DNA from: an uncultured Gammaproteobacteria bacterium
Lineage (GTDB): Bacteria; Patescibacteriota; Microgenomatia; 2-02-FULL-39-11
Assembly (NCBI GenBank): GCA_964354025.1
Contig: CAYGXQ010000001.1
Span: 5,963-69,962 of the forward strand
Length of the DNA: 64,000 bases
Direction: 5' to 3'
The notes under the pieces are model-generated. The model worked only from the letters and a program-made list of their open reading frames with translations. It searched no databases and had not been told where the DNA came from. This document shows positions 45,933 through 55,555 of the stretch, one piece after another. The translations under genes and the position numbers were made by a program. Positions within the stretch are counted from its first letter, which is position 1. Every line of letters begins with the position of its first letter.

Positions 45933-46002
45933 TGTCATTGCGAGCAAAGCGAAGCAATCCCGGTCGAGATTGCCACGGCTACTTCGTAGCCTCGCAATGA
46001 CA
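45933..46002. repeat. MITE-like element copy E3 (perfect 12-nt terminal inverted repeats TGTCATTGCGAG / CTCGCAATGACA)
   Basis: Internal blocks are shared with the copy at 28028. It is preceded by a GTATCA tandem repeat (45911-45930). Confidence 0.55.
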
Positions 46003-46045
46003 TAGGATTGCGTAAGTCTTGGTAGTATAATAAAGGAAATTTTTT

Positions 46046-46882
46046 ATGGATAGAGAGCGCCTGACCATCACTTTAAAAAAATCCCTACTGACTAAAGTAG
46101 ACGGTTTCATCGACGGGACGAAAATCAGAAACCGTTCACACGCCATCGAGTATTTAGTCACCCAAAGCTTATCTCCCCGGGTAAACCAGGCGGTTATCCT
46201 GGTTGGCGGAAAGGGACTGAATATGCGGCCATTTACTTTTGAGATGCCCAAAGGGCTTTTCCCGGTTGGCGGCCGGCCGATTTTAGAGCACATTGTTGAG
46301 AGGCTGAAAAAATACGAGATCAGGGATATCATTTTTTCCATCGGCCATCTGGGAGAGAAAATCAGGGAACATTTCGGCGACGGCAAGAAATTCGATGTCA
46401 AAATCACTTACGTCGATGAAAGCAAAGAAGCGGGTACCGGCGGAGCGCTGGTCTTGGCGAAAAAATATCTTAAAAGCGAATCGTTTCTGGTTATCCACGG
46501 CGATATTTTGATTGACATCAATCTGGCAGATTTAGTGGCTTTCCACAAAGAACAGGGGACGGTCGGGACAATTGCCTTAACCTCGGTCGTTGATCCTTCC
46601 AGTTTCGGGGAAGTGATTTTGCATGGCGCCCTCATCAAGCAATTTATCGAAAAGCCGGAAAAGGGACGGCAGACTTCGCAGTTGATCAACAGCGGCCTCT
46701 ATGTTTTTGACAGGGAAATTTTTGATTATTTGCCCAAAACCGGCAGTTGCCTTTTAGAAGATATTTTTTCCAAGCTGGCCCAAAACCGGCAACTTTCCGG
46801 ATTCCTCTTTGCCGGCCGGTGGGTAGATATCGGCACGCCTCAATCCTACGAAAAAGCCATCAAAGAGTGGGGGAAGATATAA
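46046..46882 (+). CDS. Sugar-phosphate nucleotidyltransferase with an N-terminal ribbon-helix-helix-like extension
   Basis: ILVGGKGLNMRPFTFEMPKGLFPVGGRPIL is the NTP-transferase signature. The first ~40 aa (RLTITLKKSLLTKVDGFIDG...RSHAIEYLV) resemble a CopG/RHH fold. Confidence 0.6.
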   Translation: MDRERLTITLKKSLLTKVDGFIDGTKIRNRSHAIEYLVTQSLSPRVNQAVILVGGKGLNMRPFTFEMPKGLFPVGGRPILEHIVERLKKYEIRDIIFSIGHLGEKIREHFGDGKKFDVKITYVDESKEAGTGGALVLAKKYLKSESFLVIHGDILIDINLADLVAFHKEQGTVGTIALTSVVDPSSFGEVILHGALIKQFIEKPEKGRQTSQLINSGLYVFDREIFDYLPKTGSCLLEDIFSKLAQNRQLSGFLFAGRWVDIGTPQSYEKAIKEWGKI

Positions 46883-46884
46883 TT

Positions 46885-47343
46885 TTATCGGTAGGTTTTG
46901 ATGCGGTAGGATTTGGAGACGGTCGAGCCGTTGGTCATTTTGGCGGTTAAGACCAATCTGGCCCCCGTTAAATTATAGTGGTAAGTACAAACGGAGGTTG
47001 AACAGGTGCCGAAAAGAAGTTCCCTTTCCATCCCCGGATTGTTATCCGCTCTGACGGCACCACCGGCTCCCTGTTGGATATTATTGCTTCTATAAAGAAA
47101 AGAATAGGCGACTGATTCGATGCCTGAGAAATTGGAAAAGGAGAAAAGGATACCCAGTTTATCAGAACGGTAACGGACAACGGCCGGGATAGAACCGGAT
47201 GAAGCGGTTGATTTTTTAACAGTCGTTGTTTTTTTGGTGGAAGGGACGAATTTTTTCGCTGCGTCAGCATTTTTCGGAAAGGCAGCGGCAATTATGATAC
47301 AGAATATAATAATTAAAAATATTTTTTTCATTTTACCACCCAA
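46885..47343 (-). CDS. Hypothetical secreted protein
   Basis: Signal peptide; no motif. Confidence 0.35.
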   Translation of the reverse strand: MGGKMKKIFLIIIFCIIIAAAFPKNADAAKKFVPSTKKTTTVKKSTASSGSIPAVVRYRSDKLGILFSFSNFSGIESVAYSFLYRSNNIQQGAGGAVRADNNPGMERELLFGTCSTSVCTYHYNLTGARLVLTAKMTNGSTVSKSYRIKTYR

Positions 47344-47382
47344 TTATAGCAATTCTTCTCTCTGATTGGTATACTATTCCCT

Positions 47383-47997
47383 ATGGGAATAGGGAAATGG
47401 CTCGTTATTATTGTTGTGACCGTGCTTTTGGCTGCTGGCGGATATTTTGCCTACCGGCAATTTTTGGCTCCCCAAGTCACCAGTCCGGTGGCTAATGTCC
47501 AACCCACACCGTTGCCGGCGGAAGAATTGGCTGAATGGGTAGATCAATCGGAATTTTCTTTTAAATATCCTAAAAGCCTGAAGCTTGATCCGCATGTAGA
47601 AGACCAGAAAAATTATGCCCATGTGGAACTGACGGTACCGGACAAATCGGGCAACCTGATTATCTGGGTGAAAGATACCAATGCCGAGGACATAGAAGAC
47701 TGGATCAAAAAGGAAAAAATTTCCAGCGCGATCGACAGTACCTTAGGCGGCGAGCCGGCGAAGAAAGTTTTAGGGAGCGAAGGAGATTCGAAGTTGACTT
47801 TAACCACAATCAGAGGCGGTTATTTATACCAGATAGAGGTGAATGATAAAGGCGAAAACTACTGGAACAAAATTTTTGAGATTATTGCCCCGAGTTTCAA
47901 ATTTGTCAGTGTGGAGAAAGAAAAGACAGAAGAAAATGGAGGAGAGAGCGCTCCGGTCGAAGAAGAATTTACAGGAGATGAAGAAGTAATAGAATAA
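47383..47997 (+). CDS. Hypothetical membrane-anchored acidic protein
   Basis: N-terminal TM; acidic C-terminus. Confidence 0.35.
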   Translation: MGIGKWLVIIVVTVLLAAGGYFAYRQFLAPQVTSPVANVQPTPLPAEELAEWVDQSEFSFKYPKSLKLDPHVEDQKNYAHVELTVPDKSGNLIIWVKDTNAEDIEDWIKKEKISSAIDSTLGGEPAKKVLGSEGDSKLTLTTIRGGYLYQIEVNDKGENYWNKIFEIIAPSFKFVSVEKEKTEENGGESAPVEEEFTGDEEVIE

Positions 47998-48156
47998 ATA
48001 GATTAAGGCACTCCCTCGGAGACGGAATTTCTCCATTGCTTATGTCTTTTCTGATCTTGATTATTTTGGGCAAAGTATCATATCTTTACTTAATCGATTA
48101 TTATTATTGGTATCCCGCATTCCGAAATTGTCTCCTTCGGGATTGCCATATTTTAT

Positions 48157-49428
48157 ATGAGTAACTATTTCTTCATATTAGGCCGTGATCCGGCCTTGTC
48201 AGTGGCCGAAATTATTTCTGTCCTCAACCGTTTATCCGTCAAGCACTCCCTGAAATATTTTTCCCAGGAAGCATTAATCGTCGAAACGGAAACGGATTTA
48301 TCAAAGATGTCTCTGATGAATGTTTTGGGCGGGACGGTGAAGTTCGGAAAAGTTATTAGTGAAGTGGGATTGGATGAAAGCGAAAAAAAATTTGAGGAAG
48401 TCATCAGCGCCAAAAGTTTAAGGAAAAATTTCCTCCCTGAATACCCCGGCAAACTGCATACCGGTATCAGCATATACGACGCCGGAGGGGAGAAATTGCT
48501 GCTTTCCAGTTTGACGGATCAGTTAAAAGATCTTAATGTTGTGGTCAAAAAAAATCTGCAGGCGGACGGTTTGAAAATCGGTTTTGTCCAGATAAAAGAC
48601 CGGTATCTCTCAAGCGTTTCGGTTGAGAAAAATGAACTTTTGAAAAAAGGGGCGGAAATAGTTTTCCTGGTTTCTAAAGACAAAATACTAATCGGGAAAA
48701 CGCTTGAGGTACAGAAATTCGCTGAATTCACCTTCCGGGATATGGCCAGGCCGGAGAAAGACAAACGCTCCGGTATCATGCCGCCGAAACTGGCGCGGAT
48801 GATGATAAATTTGTCGGAGACCGCAAGCGTAGGAGTTTTGCTTGATCCTTTTTGCGGCAGCGGCACTATTTTACAGGAAGCGGTAACGATGGGGTACAGG
48901 CAAATTCATGGAACCGATATCAGCCAAAAAGCCGTTTCCGACAGCCAAAAAAATATCCACTGGCTGTTGGGACATATCCACAATGCGGAGAGATCGTCGT
49001 ACAATATAAAAATAGGGGAGGCGGACGCGCGCAGACTGTCGGAAAAATTTTCCCGAAATTCTGTTGACGCCATTGTGACCGAACCGTATCTCGGACCGGC
49101 ATTTTTTGAAAAACCGAAATTTTTGACAGTTAACAGACTTTTGCCGGAACTGGGCAGTTTGTATCTGGCGGCTTTCGGAAGTTTCGGGAAAATATTGCAA
49201 AAAGACGGTAAAGTGGTAATCATTTTTCCGGCTTTTAACGTCGAGGGAAAATGGCAGTTTATGGATATCCTGCCGCAGATACAAAGAAACGGTTTTATCC
49301 AGAAAGATTTGTTGTCATCAGTCGTGCAGACCGCATATCCTGCTTATCAGAAAGACAGACGATCGGTGGTTTACGGCGGCAAGGAGCAGTTTGTCAGGCG
49401 GGAAATTCTCGTTTTTCAAAAAATATGA
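48157..49428 (+). CDS. Putative RNA (guanine-N2/adenine-N6-type) methyltransferase, UPF0020/Trm14-like
   Basis: Motif I LDPFCGSGT and motif IV VTEPYLGP (a DPPY-like variant), with an N-terminal THUMP-like region. Confidence 0.5.
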   Translation: MSNYFFILGRDPALSVAEIISVLNRLSVKHSLKYFSQEALIVETETDLSKMSLMNVLGGTVKFGKVISEVGLDESEKKFEEVISAKSLRKNFLPEYPGKLHTGISIYDAGGEKLLLSSLTDQLKDLNVVVKKNLQADGLKIGFVQIKDRYLSSVSVEKNELLKKGAEIVFLVSKDKILIGKTLEVQKFAEFTFRDMARPEKDKRSGIMPPKLARMMINLSETASVGVLLDPFCGSGTILQEAVTMGYRQIHGTDISQKAVSDSQKNIHWLLGHIHNAERSSYNIKIGEADARRLSEKFSRNSVDAIVTEPYLGPAFFEKPKFLTVNRLLPELGSLYLAAFGSFGKILQKDGKVVIIFPAFNVEGKWQFMDILPQIQRNGFIQKDLLSSVVQTAYPAYQKDRRSVVYGGKEQFVRREILVFQKI

Positions 49429-49555
49429 GCAATTTTAATACCACTTTTAAGCTGATCATGATGCTGGCGATAGCCGTCGGTTCGCTTCTGTTGTATTTCC
49501 TTTATATGATTATATTTACCCCAAACGGGGTTTTAAGTATGTTATAATCTTTTTT

Positions 49556-49990
49556 ATGTTAAAAGACGACATCCAAAAATCGGTAAATGAAAACCTAAAA
49601 GCCGGTAAAGCTCTGGAAGTGAAAGTCCTCCGATTTCTTCTTTCGGAAATCCAATACGCCGAGATTGCCAAACAGGCTCCTTTAACTGACGAGGAGACGG
49701 TTACCCTTTTGGCCAAAGAACTGAAAAAACGGAAAGAAGCCATCGGGATGTTCCAAAAAGCCAATCGTGACGATTTGGTAGCCGATGAAGAAAAACAACT
49801 AACTGTCATCCAAAAATATTTACCGCAACAGCTGACGGAAAAAGAATTGGAAAAAGCGGTTGACGAAATCCTCTCTACCCTAACCGATAAATCAAATATG
49901 GGAAAAATCATCGGGTTAGTGATGGCCAAAGTAAAAGGGCAAGCCGACGGAAAAACAGTTGCGGATTTAGTGAAAAATAAAATCAGTTAA
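49556..49990 (+). CDS. GatB/YqeY-domain protein
   Basis: 144 aa. LKAGKALEVKVLRFLLSEIQ is typical of YqeY. Confidence 0.7.
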   Translation: MLKDDIQKSVNENLKAGKALEVKVLRFLLSEIQYAEIAKQAPLTDEETVTLLAKELKKRKEAIGMFQKANRDDLVADEEKQLTVIQKYLPQQLTEKELEKAVDEILSTLTDKSNMGKIIGLVMAKVKGQADGKTVADLVKNKIS

Positions 49991-50035
49991 CGTACAACTT
50001 GCAGAAACGTTAAGAGTCGTGTATATTATGCCAAT

Positions 50036-50680
50036 ATGCCAAGAAAAACTAAAAAATTAAAGACAGAAATAGCCGTCGAACCGCAAAAGCCGGAAAAAAA
50101 GAAAATAAAGCTTTTTTCGGTAAAAAACATCATCCTACTCGCAGTATTTGTAATTATTGTTTTAGCCTGGAAATTCAAAGGTAATTTCGTCGCTGCCCTG
50201 GTTAACGGACAGCCTATCTCGCGTTTTGAATTAAACGACCAGCTGGTTAAACAGTATGGCGACTCGACTTTGGACAACATTATCAATGAACGGTTAATTA
50301 TTGCCGGGGTCAGACAGAAAGGCATTTTTGTCACTTCAGCAGAAATCAATGATAGGGTGAAACAGATTGAAGATAAATTAAAAGACAAGATCTCTCTGGC
50401 AGACGCTTTGAAGGCTCAAGGGTTAACGGAGGCGGCTTTTCGAAAACAGCTGGAAATCCAAATCTCAATCGAAAAAATGTTTGATAAAGACGCGACAGTT
50501 TCTTCAAAAGAAATAGATGATTATCTTGCCCAAAACAAAGAGGCTTTCAAGACCGCCACCGATCAGGCGGCCATCCGGACAGACATTGAGAGCACACTCA
50601 AGCAGCAAAAAAGCAGTGATCTTTTTAACAACTGGTTTACCGAAATCCGCAAGAACGCCAGCATCAAAAAATTTCTCTAA
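50036..50680 (+). CDS. Membrane-anchored SurA-N/PpiD-like chaperone-domain protein
   Basis: A TM anchor followed by a SurA N-terminal-like segment. Adjacent to the cyclophilin gene. Confidence 0.4.
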   Translation: MPRKTKKLKTEIAVEPQKPEKKKIKLFSVKNIILLAVFVIIVLAWKFKGNFVAALVNGQPISRFELNDQLVKQYGDSTLDNIINERLIIAGVRQKGIFVTSAEINDRVKQIEDKLKDKISLADALKAQGLTEAAFRKQLEIQISIEKMFDKDATVSSKEIDDYLAQNKEAFKTATDQAAIRTDIESTLKQQKSSDLFNNWFTEIRKNASIKKFL

Positions 50681-50694
50681 ATACTAAAATATAC

Positions 50695-51357
50695 ATGGCT
50701 GATGAGTTGAAACCTTACCTGAAAGATTTTCTTCTATATTTATTGATCATTATTATCGTCATTGCCGGTTTAACTTTCTTGATCTCACAAAAACCAACAT
50801 CCAATAATGAAAATAAAGAGGCCACCGGTTCCTCATCGGTTGCTTACAAACAATACTCTACCCCACCGAAGATGGAGATTGATGTGTCCAAAAAATACAC
50901 CGCTAAACTGACAACCGGAAAAGGCGTAATTTCCGTGGAACTTTTTGCCAAAGAAGCGCCCAACGCCGTCAATAATTTCGTCTTTCTGGCCAAAGAAGGA
51001 TTTTACGACGGAACAAAATTCCACCGGATCGTTAAAGATTTCATGATCCAAGGCGGTGATCCTCAAGGAGATGGTGCCGGCGGGCCGGGGTACACTTTTC
51101 CTGATGAGCCGATCACCAGGGATTACAAAAGAGGAATAATTGCCATGGCCAACAGGGGGCCGGATACTAATGGCAGCCAGTTTTTCATCATGCTCAAAGA
51201 CAACGACCTGCCTAAACAATATGTTATTTTCGGACAGGTGACCAGCGGTTTGGACGTGGTCGACAAAATCGCCCAGACACCGGTGGCCGACAACGGCATG
51301 GGAGAAATATCCAAACCGACGGAAGAAATAAAAGTTGAAAAAATTGTCATCCAATGA
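50695..51357 (+). CDS. ppiB: Cyclophilin-type peptidyl-prolyl cis-trans isomerase, membrane-anchored
   Basis: FHRIVKDFMIQGGDP, MANRGPDTNGSQFFI and an N-terminal TM. Confidence 0.9.
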   Translation: MADELKPYLKDFLLYLLIIIIVIAGLTFLISQKPTSNNENKEATGSSSVAYKQYSTPPKMEIDVSKKYTAKLTTGKGVISVELFAKEAPNAVNNFVFLAKEGFYDGTKFHRIVKDFMIQGGDPQGDGAGGPGYTFPDEPITRDYKRGIIAMANRGPDTNGSQFFIMLKDNDLPKQYVIFGQVTSGLDVVDKIAQTPVADNGMGEISKPTEEIKVEKIVIQ

Positions 51358-52211
51358 GCCTCCTCTTTGCCTTACTGACCGCCTTTTTCTGGGGCTGTGG
51401 TGATTTCTTCATCGCCATTTCTTCAAAAAAGTTCGGAGCCGGTTTCAGCTTTCACTTTTTTCGGATAGTTTCTCTTCTCGTCCTGACGATTCCGGCCATT
51501 ATCCTTTTTCCGACGACGAATTTTACGCCAATAAATTTTTGGACCGTGGTCGCCACTTCTATCCTGGAAAGCATCGGTATCCGTTTCTTTTTCAAAGCGC
51601 TGGCCGAAAAAAACACCATCATCAACGGGACAATCGCTTCTTCATTTTCAATTATTACTGTTTTAGTTTCCCTGATATTTTTTGGAGAGAGGCCGACAGT
51701 TACTCAATTGATAATTATTGGTTTGGTGATTGTCGGTATCATCATGGCATCGCTCAATGTCCGCGACTTATCCAAAATCCACCTGATTGAAAAAGGGGCC
51801 CTTTATGCTTTCGCCGCCATGTTTATTTGGGGAGTCTATTTTGCGGTGGTGCGGATTCCCACCCGGGAACTGGGTTGGTTCTGGCCGGTCTATTTTGTCA
51901 GATTGACGGTCATTTTGGAACTGCCGTTTATTTTCTCCAAAAAAATTTCTTTACCAAAAAGATTTTTCAGTTGGAAAGCGATTGGTTTAATGATGATTGC
52001 GGCTGTAATACCGACCATCGGCGACTCTTTTTATAATTTGGGAATTGCCGTCCCCCAAACCGCTACCTCTTTGTTTGTACCGGTGGCGTCCGCTTCACCA
52101 GTTATTTATAATATTCTAGCCGGTTGGTTTTTCCGGGAAAAAATCGAGCCGATCCAAAAACTGGGCATTGCCGCCACTATCCTCGGCGTCATCCTTTTGA
52201 GTATAAAGTAA
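51354..52211 (+). CDS. EamA/DMT-superfamily transporter
   Basis: 10 TM helices arranged as two EamA-like repeats. Confidence 0.65.
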   Translation: MSLLFALLTAFFWGCGDFFIAISSKKFGAGFSFHFFRIVSLLVLTIPAIILFPTTNFTPINFWTVVATSILESIGIRFFFKALAEKNTIINGTIASSFSIITVLVSLIFFGERPTVTQLIIIGLVIVGIIMASLNVRDLSKIHLIEKGALYAFAAMFIWGVYFAVVRIPTRELGWFWPVYFVRLTVILELPFIFSKKISLPKRFFSWKAIGLMMIAAVIPTIGDSFYNLGIAVPQTATSLFVPVASASPVIYNILAGWFFREKIEPIQKLGIAATILGVILLSIK

Positions 52212-52220
52212 TTTATTTGT

Positions 52221-52505
52221 TTAATTCTTTTCGGATCGTTTGTCCAATTCCATCATGATTTCTTTGGGAGTAATATTAACCGATGCCAAAAAGACTAATA
52301 AGTGAAACCAAAGGTCAGCCATTTCGGAAATGATCATTTTTCTATTTTTGTTTTTTCCGGCAATGATTACTTCACTGGCTTCTTCCCCGATTTTTTGAAG
52401 GATACGATCTGTTCCATTTTTACACAAAAAAACAACATACGACTTTTTTGGAAGCGTTTTTAATCGTTCTTGAATAATGGTAAATAATTTATTTAGCGTC
52501 ATCAT
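52221..52505 (-). CDS. hisE: Phosphoribosyl-ATP pyrophosphatase
   Basis: 94 aa; EEASEVIIAGKN and EMADLWFHLLV motifs. Confidence 0.8.
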   Translation of the reverse strand: MMTLNKLFTIIQERLKTLPKKSYVVFLCKNGTDRILQKIGEEASEVIIAGKNKNRKMIISEMADLWFHLLVFLASVNITPKEIMMELDKRSEKN

Positions 52506-52816
52506 ATTTTTTCCCTAAAACAACTTTTATATCCCCAGTGACAGGCGGCCGAACCGATTAAATCTGCTTTTATAAGCAAAGTATCTCTGTCACAATCGGT
52601 AAAAATATTTTTCACCCGTAATTTATTACCCGAAGATTCTCCTTTTAACCAAATTTTTCGTCGGCTTCGGCTCCAGAAATAGACATAACCGGTCTTTAGC
52701 GTAAGTTGCAGAGCTTGTCTATTGGTATAACCGAGCATTAATACTTCAGCGGATTTTTCTTCCTGAATGATAACCGGAATCAATCCAGTTAGTTTTTCAA
52801 AGTTAAGTTTTCTCAT
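52502..52816 (-). CDS. hisI: Phosphoribosyl-AMP cyclohydrolase
   Basis: 104 aa; GLIPVIIQ and CDRDTLL...CHWGYKSCF motifs. Confidence 0.85.
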   Translation of the reverse strand: MRKLNFEKLTGLIPVIIQEEKSAEVLMLGYTNRQALQLTLKTGYVYFWSRSRRKIWLKGESSGNKLRVKNIFTDCDRDTLLIKADLIGSAACHWGYKSCFREKI

Positions 52817-52817
52817 A

Positions 52818-53576
52818 TTAATTCCTTATAAAAATATTTTTATTTTTTAAATATGTTTTTACATCAGGAACCGTTAATTCTCCAAAGTGGAAAAGGGAAG
52901 CCGCCAACGCCGCATCCGCTTTTCCTTCTTCAAAAATTTCTGCAAAATCAGACAATTTACCGGCACCGCCTGAGGCAATTACTGGGATTGAGAGGTTGCT
53001 TGATACGAGCCGTGTCAATTCCAGATCAAAGCCTTTTTTTGTCCCGTCAGAGTCAATGCTGGTTAAAAGTATTTCTCCGGCACCCAATGCTGCCGCTTTT
53101 TTGGTCCAGTCAAAGGCGGAAATACCGGTATCGGTTCGGCCGCCATTAATAAAGACGTGCCACTCGTCAGGACCGGTTTTTCTGGCATCAAGTGATAAAA
53201 CCACACACTGACTGCCGAAAATATTGGCGCAGTCGCTGATCAGTTTCGGACGATTGAAAGCACCGGTATTCACAGAGACTTTATCAGCCCCGGTACGAAG
53301 AATAATCCGCATATCTTCAATAGTCCGCACTCCACCACCGACGGAAAAAGGGATAGTAACCTCAAGAGCGGTTTTTTTCACTACCTCCAGTAAAATATCC
53401 CTATTTTCCACCGTGGCGGTGATATCCAAAAAGACCAATTCGTCGGCCCCCTGCCGGTCGTAAACTTTGGCTAGCTTGACCGGATCGCCGGCATCACGAA
53501 AAGTCTCAAAGCATATGCCTTTGACGACTTTACCTTCAGTCATATCCAGACAGGGAATAATCCGTTTAGTCAACAT
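52818..53576 (-). CDS. hisF: Imidazole glycerol phosphate synthase cyclase subunit
   Basis: RIIPCLDMTEGKVVKG, SVGGGVRT and ASGGAG motifs. The start is set at the internal ATG (MLTKRIIPC). Confidence 0.9.
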   Translation of the reverse strand: MLTKRIIPCLDMTEGKVVKGICFETFRDAGDPVKLAKVYDRQGADELVFLDITATVENRDILLEVVKKTALEVTIPFSVGGGVRTIEDMRIILRTGADKVSVNTGAFNRPKLISDCANIFGSQCVVLSLDARKTGPDEWHVFINGGRTDTGISAFDWTKKAAALGAGEILLTSIDSDGTKKGFDLELTRLVSSNLSIPVIASGGAGKLSDFAEIFEEGKADAALAASLFHFGELTVPDVKTYLKNKNIFIRN

Positions 53577-54207
53577 AATAGTTTCTCCAATTCTTGAGTA
53601 ATTGAAAACCAGCTTTACCGCTTTTTTCCGGGTGAAATTGGGTTGCGACGATATTATTTTTAACAATAATACTGGCGAACTTTTCTCCATAATCAGTTTC
53701 GCCGGCAATAATTGATTTTTCTGCCGGTTGGCAATAATAACTGTTCACGAAATAAAAAAAACTTTTATCCCGGATAGAAAAAAATAATTGTTTTATTGCC
53801 TGCCTTGTCGGCAGGCAGGTTAAATTGTTAAATTGTTGCATTGCTACCTGGTTCCAGCCGATCTGCGGTATCTTCCTCTCCTTGCGGAATTTTTTGACTT
53901 GGCCTTTGAGCAGACCCAAACAATTGACATTGCCTTCTTCACTTTTGTCAAACAAAAGCTGCATCCCTAAACAAATTCCCAAAACCGGTTTACCTCGTTT
54001 AACTTCCTCTTTAATGACTTTCGTTAAACCTTTTTTCTCCAAGTTTTTCATGCCTTCTCCGGCCGCCCCGACTCCGGGGAAAACCAGGGCTTTGGCCTTG
54101 GTAAGCACAAGAGAATCGCCGGAAATTTCCGTTGGAATTCCCAGTTTGGTAAAAGCATTAGACACGCTGGCCAGGTTACCCAGGCCATAATCAATAATGG
54201 CGATCAT
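53566..54207 (-). CDS. hisH: Imidazole glycerol phosphate synthase glutaminase subunit
   Basis: MIAIIDYGLGNL, the catalytic GICLGMQ, and HPEKS. Confidence 0.9.
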   Translation of the reverse strand: MIAIIDYGLGNLASVSNAFTKLGIPTEISGDSLVLTKAKALVFPGVGAAGEGMKNLEKKGLTKVIKEEVKRGKPVLGICLGMQLLFDKSEEGNVNCLGLLKGQVKKFRKERKIPQIGWNQVAMQQFNNLTCLPTRQAIKQLFFSIRDKSFFYFVNSYYCQPAEKSIIAGETDYGEKFASIIVKNNIVATQFHPEKSGKAGFQLLKNWRNYYVD

Positions 54208-54797
54208 AAAACTCCTTTCGTCGAAGGAATGTCGCTGCTTACCCGCTGGTCAATTTCTAAGGCCTTGCGGATGGCCCGGGCACAGGCTTTGAAAATCGCC
54301 TCTATTTGGTGATGATCGTTGCGTCCGTTTTCCACTTTGATGAATAAATTGATTTTGGCATTTTGGGCAAAAGCCTCCCAAAAGTCATAAACCAGTTCCG
54401 TCGGCAGATCGCCGACTTTTTCCCGGGTAAATTGACAATTAAAATTAAAGGCATACCGGCCGGAAAAATCGACTGCCGCCGTTGCCAGGACTTCATCCAT
54501 CGGCAGGATAAAAAAACCATAACGGTTGACGCCTTTTTTATCACCTAAGGCTTTTTGAAAAGCCTGGCCCAATAAAATGCCTATATCTTCAACTGTGTGG
54601 TGTTCGTCAACTTCGATGTCACCAATAGCTTTGATATTTAAATCGAACAAACCGTGTTTGGCAAAAAGATCGAGCATGTGATTTAGAAATCCAACCGGAG
54701 TCTTGATCATCCTCTTTCCGCAACCATCGATATTTAAAACAATTGAAATATCGGTTTCTCCAGTCTTACGTGTAATTTCCGCGATTCTTGGTTTCAT
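54204..54797 (-). CDS. hisB: Imidazoleglycerol-phosphate dehydratase
   Basis: RKTGETDISIVLNIDG and the two His-rich motifs DEHHTVED and RNDHHQIEA. Confidence 0.9.
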   Translation of the reverse strand: MKPRIAEITRKTGETDISIVLNIDGCGKRMIKTPVGFLNHMLDLFAKHGLFDLNIKAIGDIEVDEHHTVEDIGILLGQAFQKALGDKKGVNRYGFFILPMDEVLATAAVDFSGRYAFNFNCQFTREKVGDLPTELVYDFWEAFAQNAKINLFIKVENGRNDHHQIEAIFKACARAIRKALEIDQRVSSDIPSTKGVL

Positions 54798-55555
54798 AAA
54801 AGTATCTCCTTCAACTGATTAACATTAGTAATTTGGAAATCACCAAGTGGGTTTTGGCCGATAAAAATACATTTCATCCCCGCATTTTTGGAAGCTAATA
54901 CGTCGTTGATACTGTCACCGACATAGATGGGGTTTTGAACTTGCATTCTCTTTTTAGCTGTAAGCAGAGGTTCAGGATTTGGTTTTTCCCGTAAAACATC
55001 TTCCAGGGCTATGACGGAGGTTTCTTGAATATAATCCGGCAGATACTGGAGATTTTTTAAGGCATACAAAGCTTCAAACCGGGGCCGGCCGGTGGCGACG
55101 CCAAGCCGGTATTTCCGGGACAGTTTTTTCCAGAGACTGAATTTTAATAAAGAAGGTTCGTTGTCGATAAGACCAACCGGATATTTAACCGGAGGCAAAC
55201 GGTTATAACAGGAAGAAAATAATCGTTCGCCTAAATAATAAGATTGAAAGACATCTTTGATTTTTTGGTATTTATCCGACTCTCTTAATTTTATATCAAT
55301 GCCTTTGGCTTTTTGCGCGAAATTTTTCCGCGGAATACCATCAGTAAAAAGTTCTATTAATGAATATGACAAATCCCAATCATTATTGTAGCCTGGCAAT
55401 TCTTTCAAAGCTTCAATATCTTCCTGCAAAGCCCTGATTTTATTGGAATATTTGTCTAAAAAATAATTCACCGTTTTTTCAATAGCCAAACGGTATGATT
55501 GACTGACGTCGACTAAGACGCCGTCCATATCGAAAATGATGCCGTCAAATTTCAT
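54794..55555 (-). CDS. HAD-superfamily hydrolase, candidate histidinol-phosphate phosphatase
   Basis: HAD motif I IIFDMDGVL and motif IV GDSINDV. Embedded in the his operon. Confidence 0.55.
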   Translation of the reverse strand: MKFDGIIFDMDGVLVDVSQSYRLAIEKTVNYFLDKYSNKIRALQEDIEALKELPGYNNDWDLSYSLIELFTDGIPRKNFAQKAKGIDIKLRESDKYQKIKDVFQSYYLGERLFSSCYNRLPPVKYPVGLIDNEPSLLKFSLWKKLSRKYRLGVATGRPRFEALYALKNLQYLPDYIQETSVIALEDVLREKPNPEPLLTAKKRMQVQNPIYVGDSINDVLASKNAGMKCIFIGQNPLGDFQITNVNQLKEILL

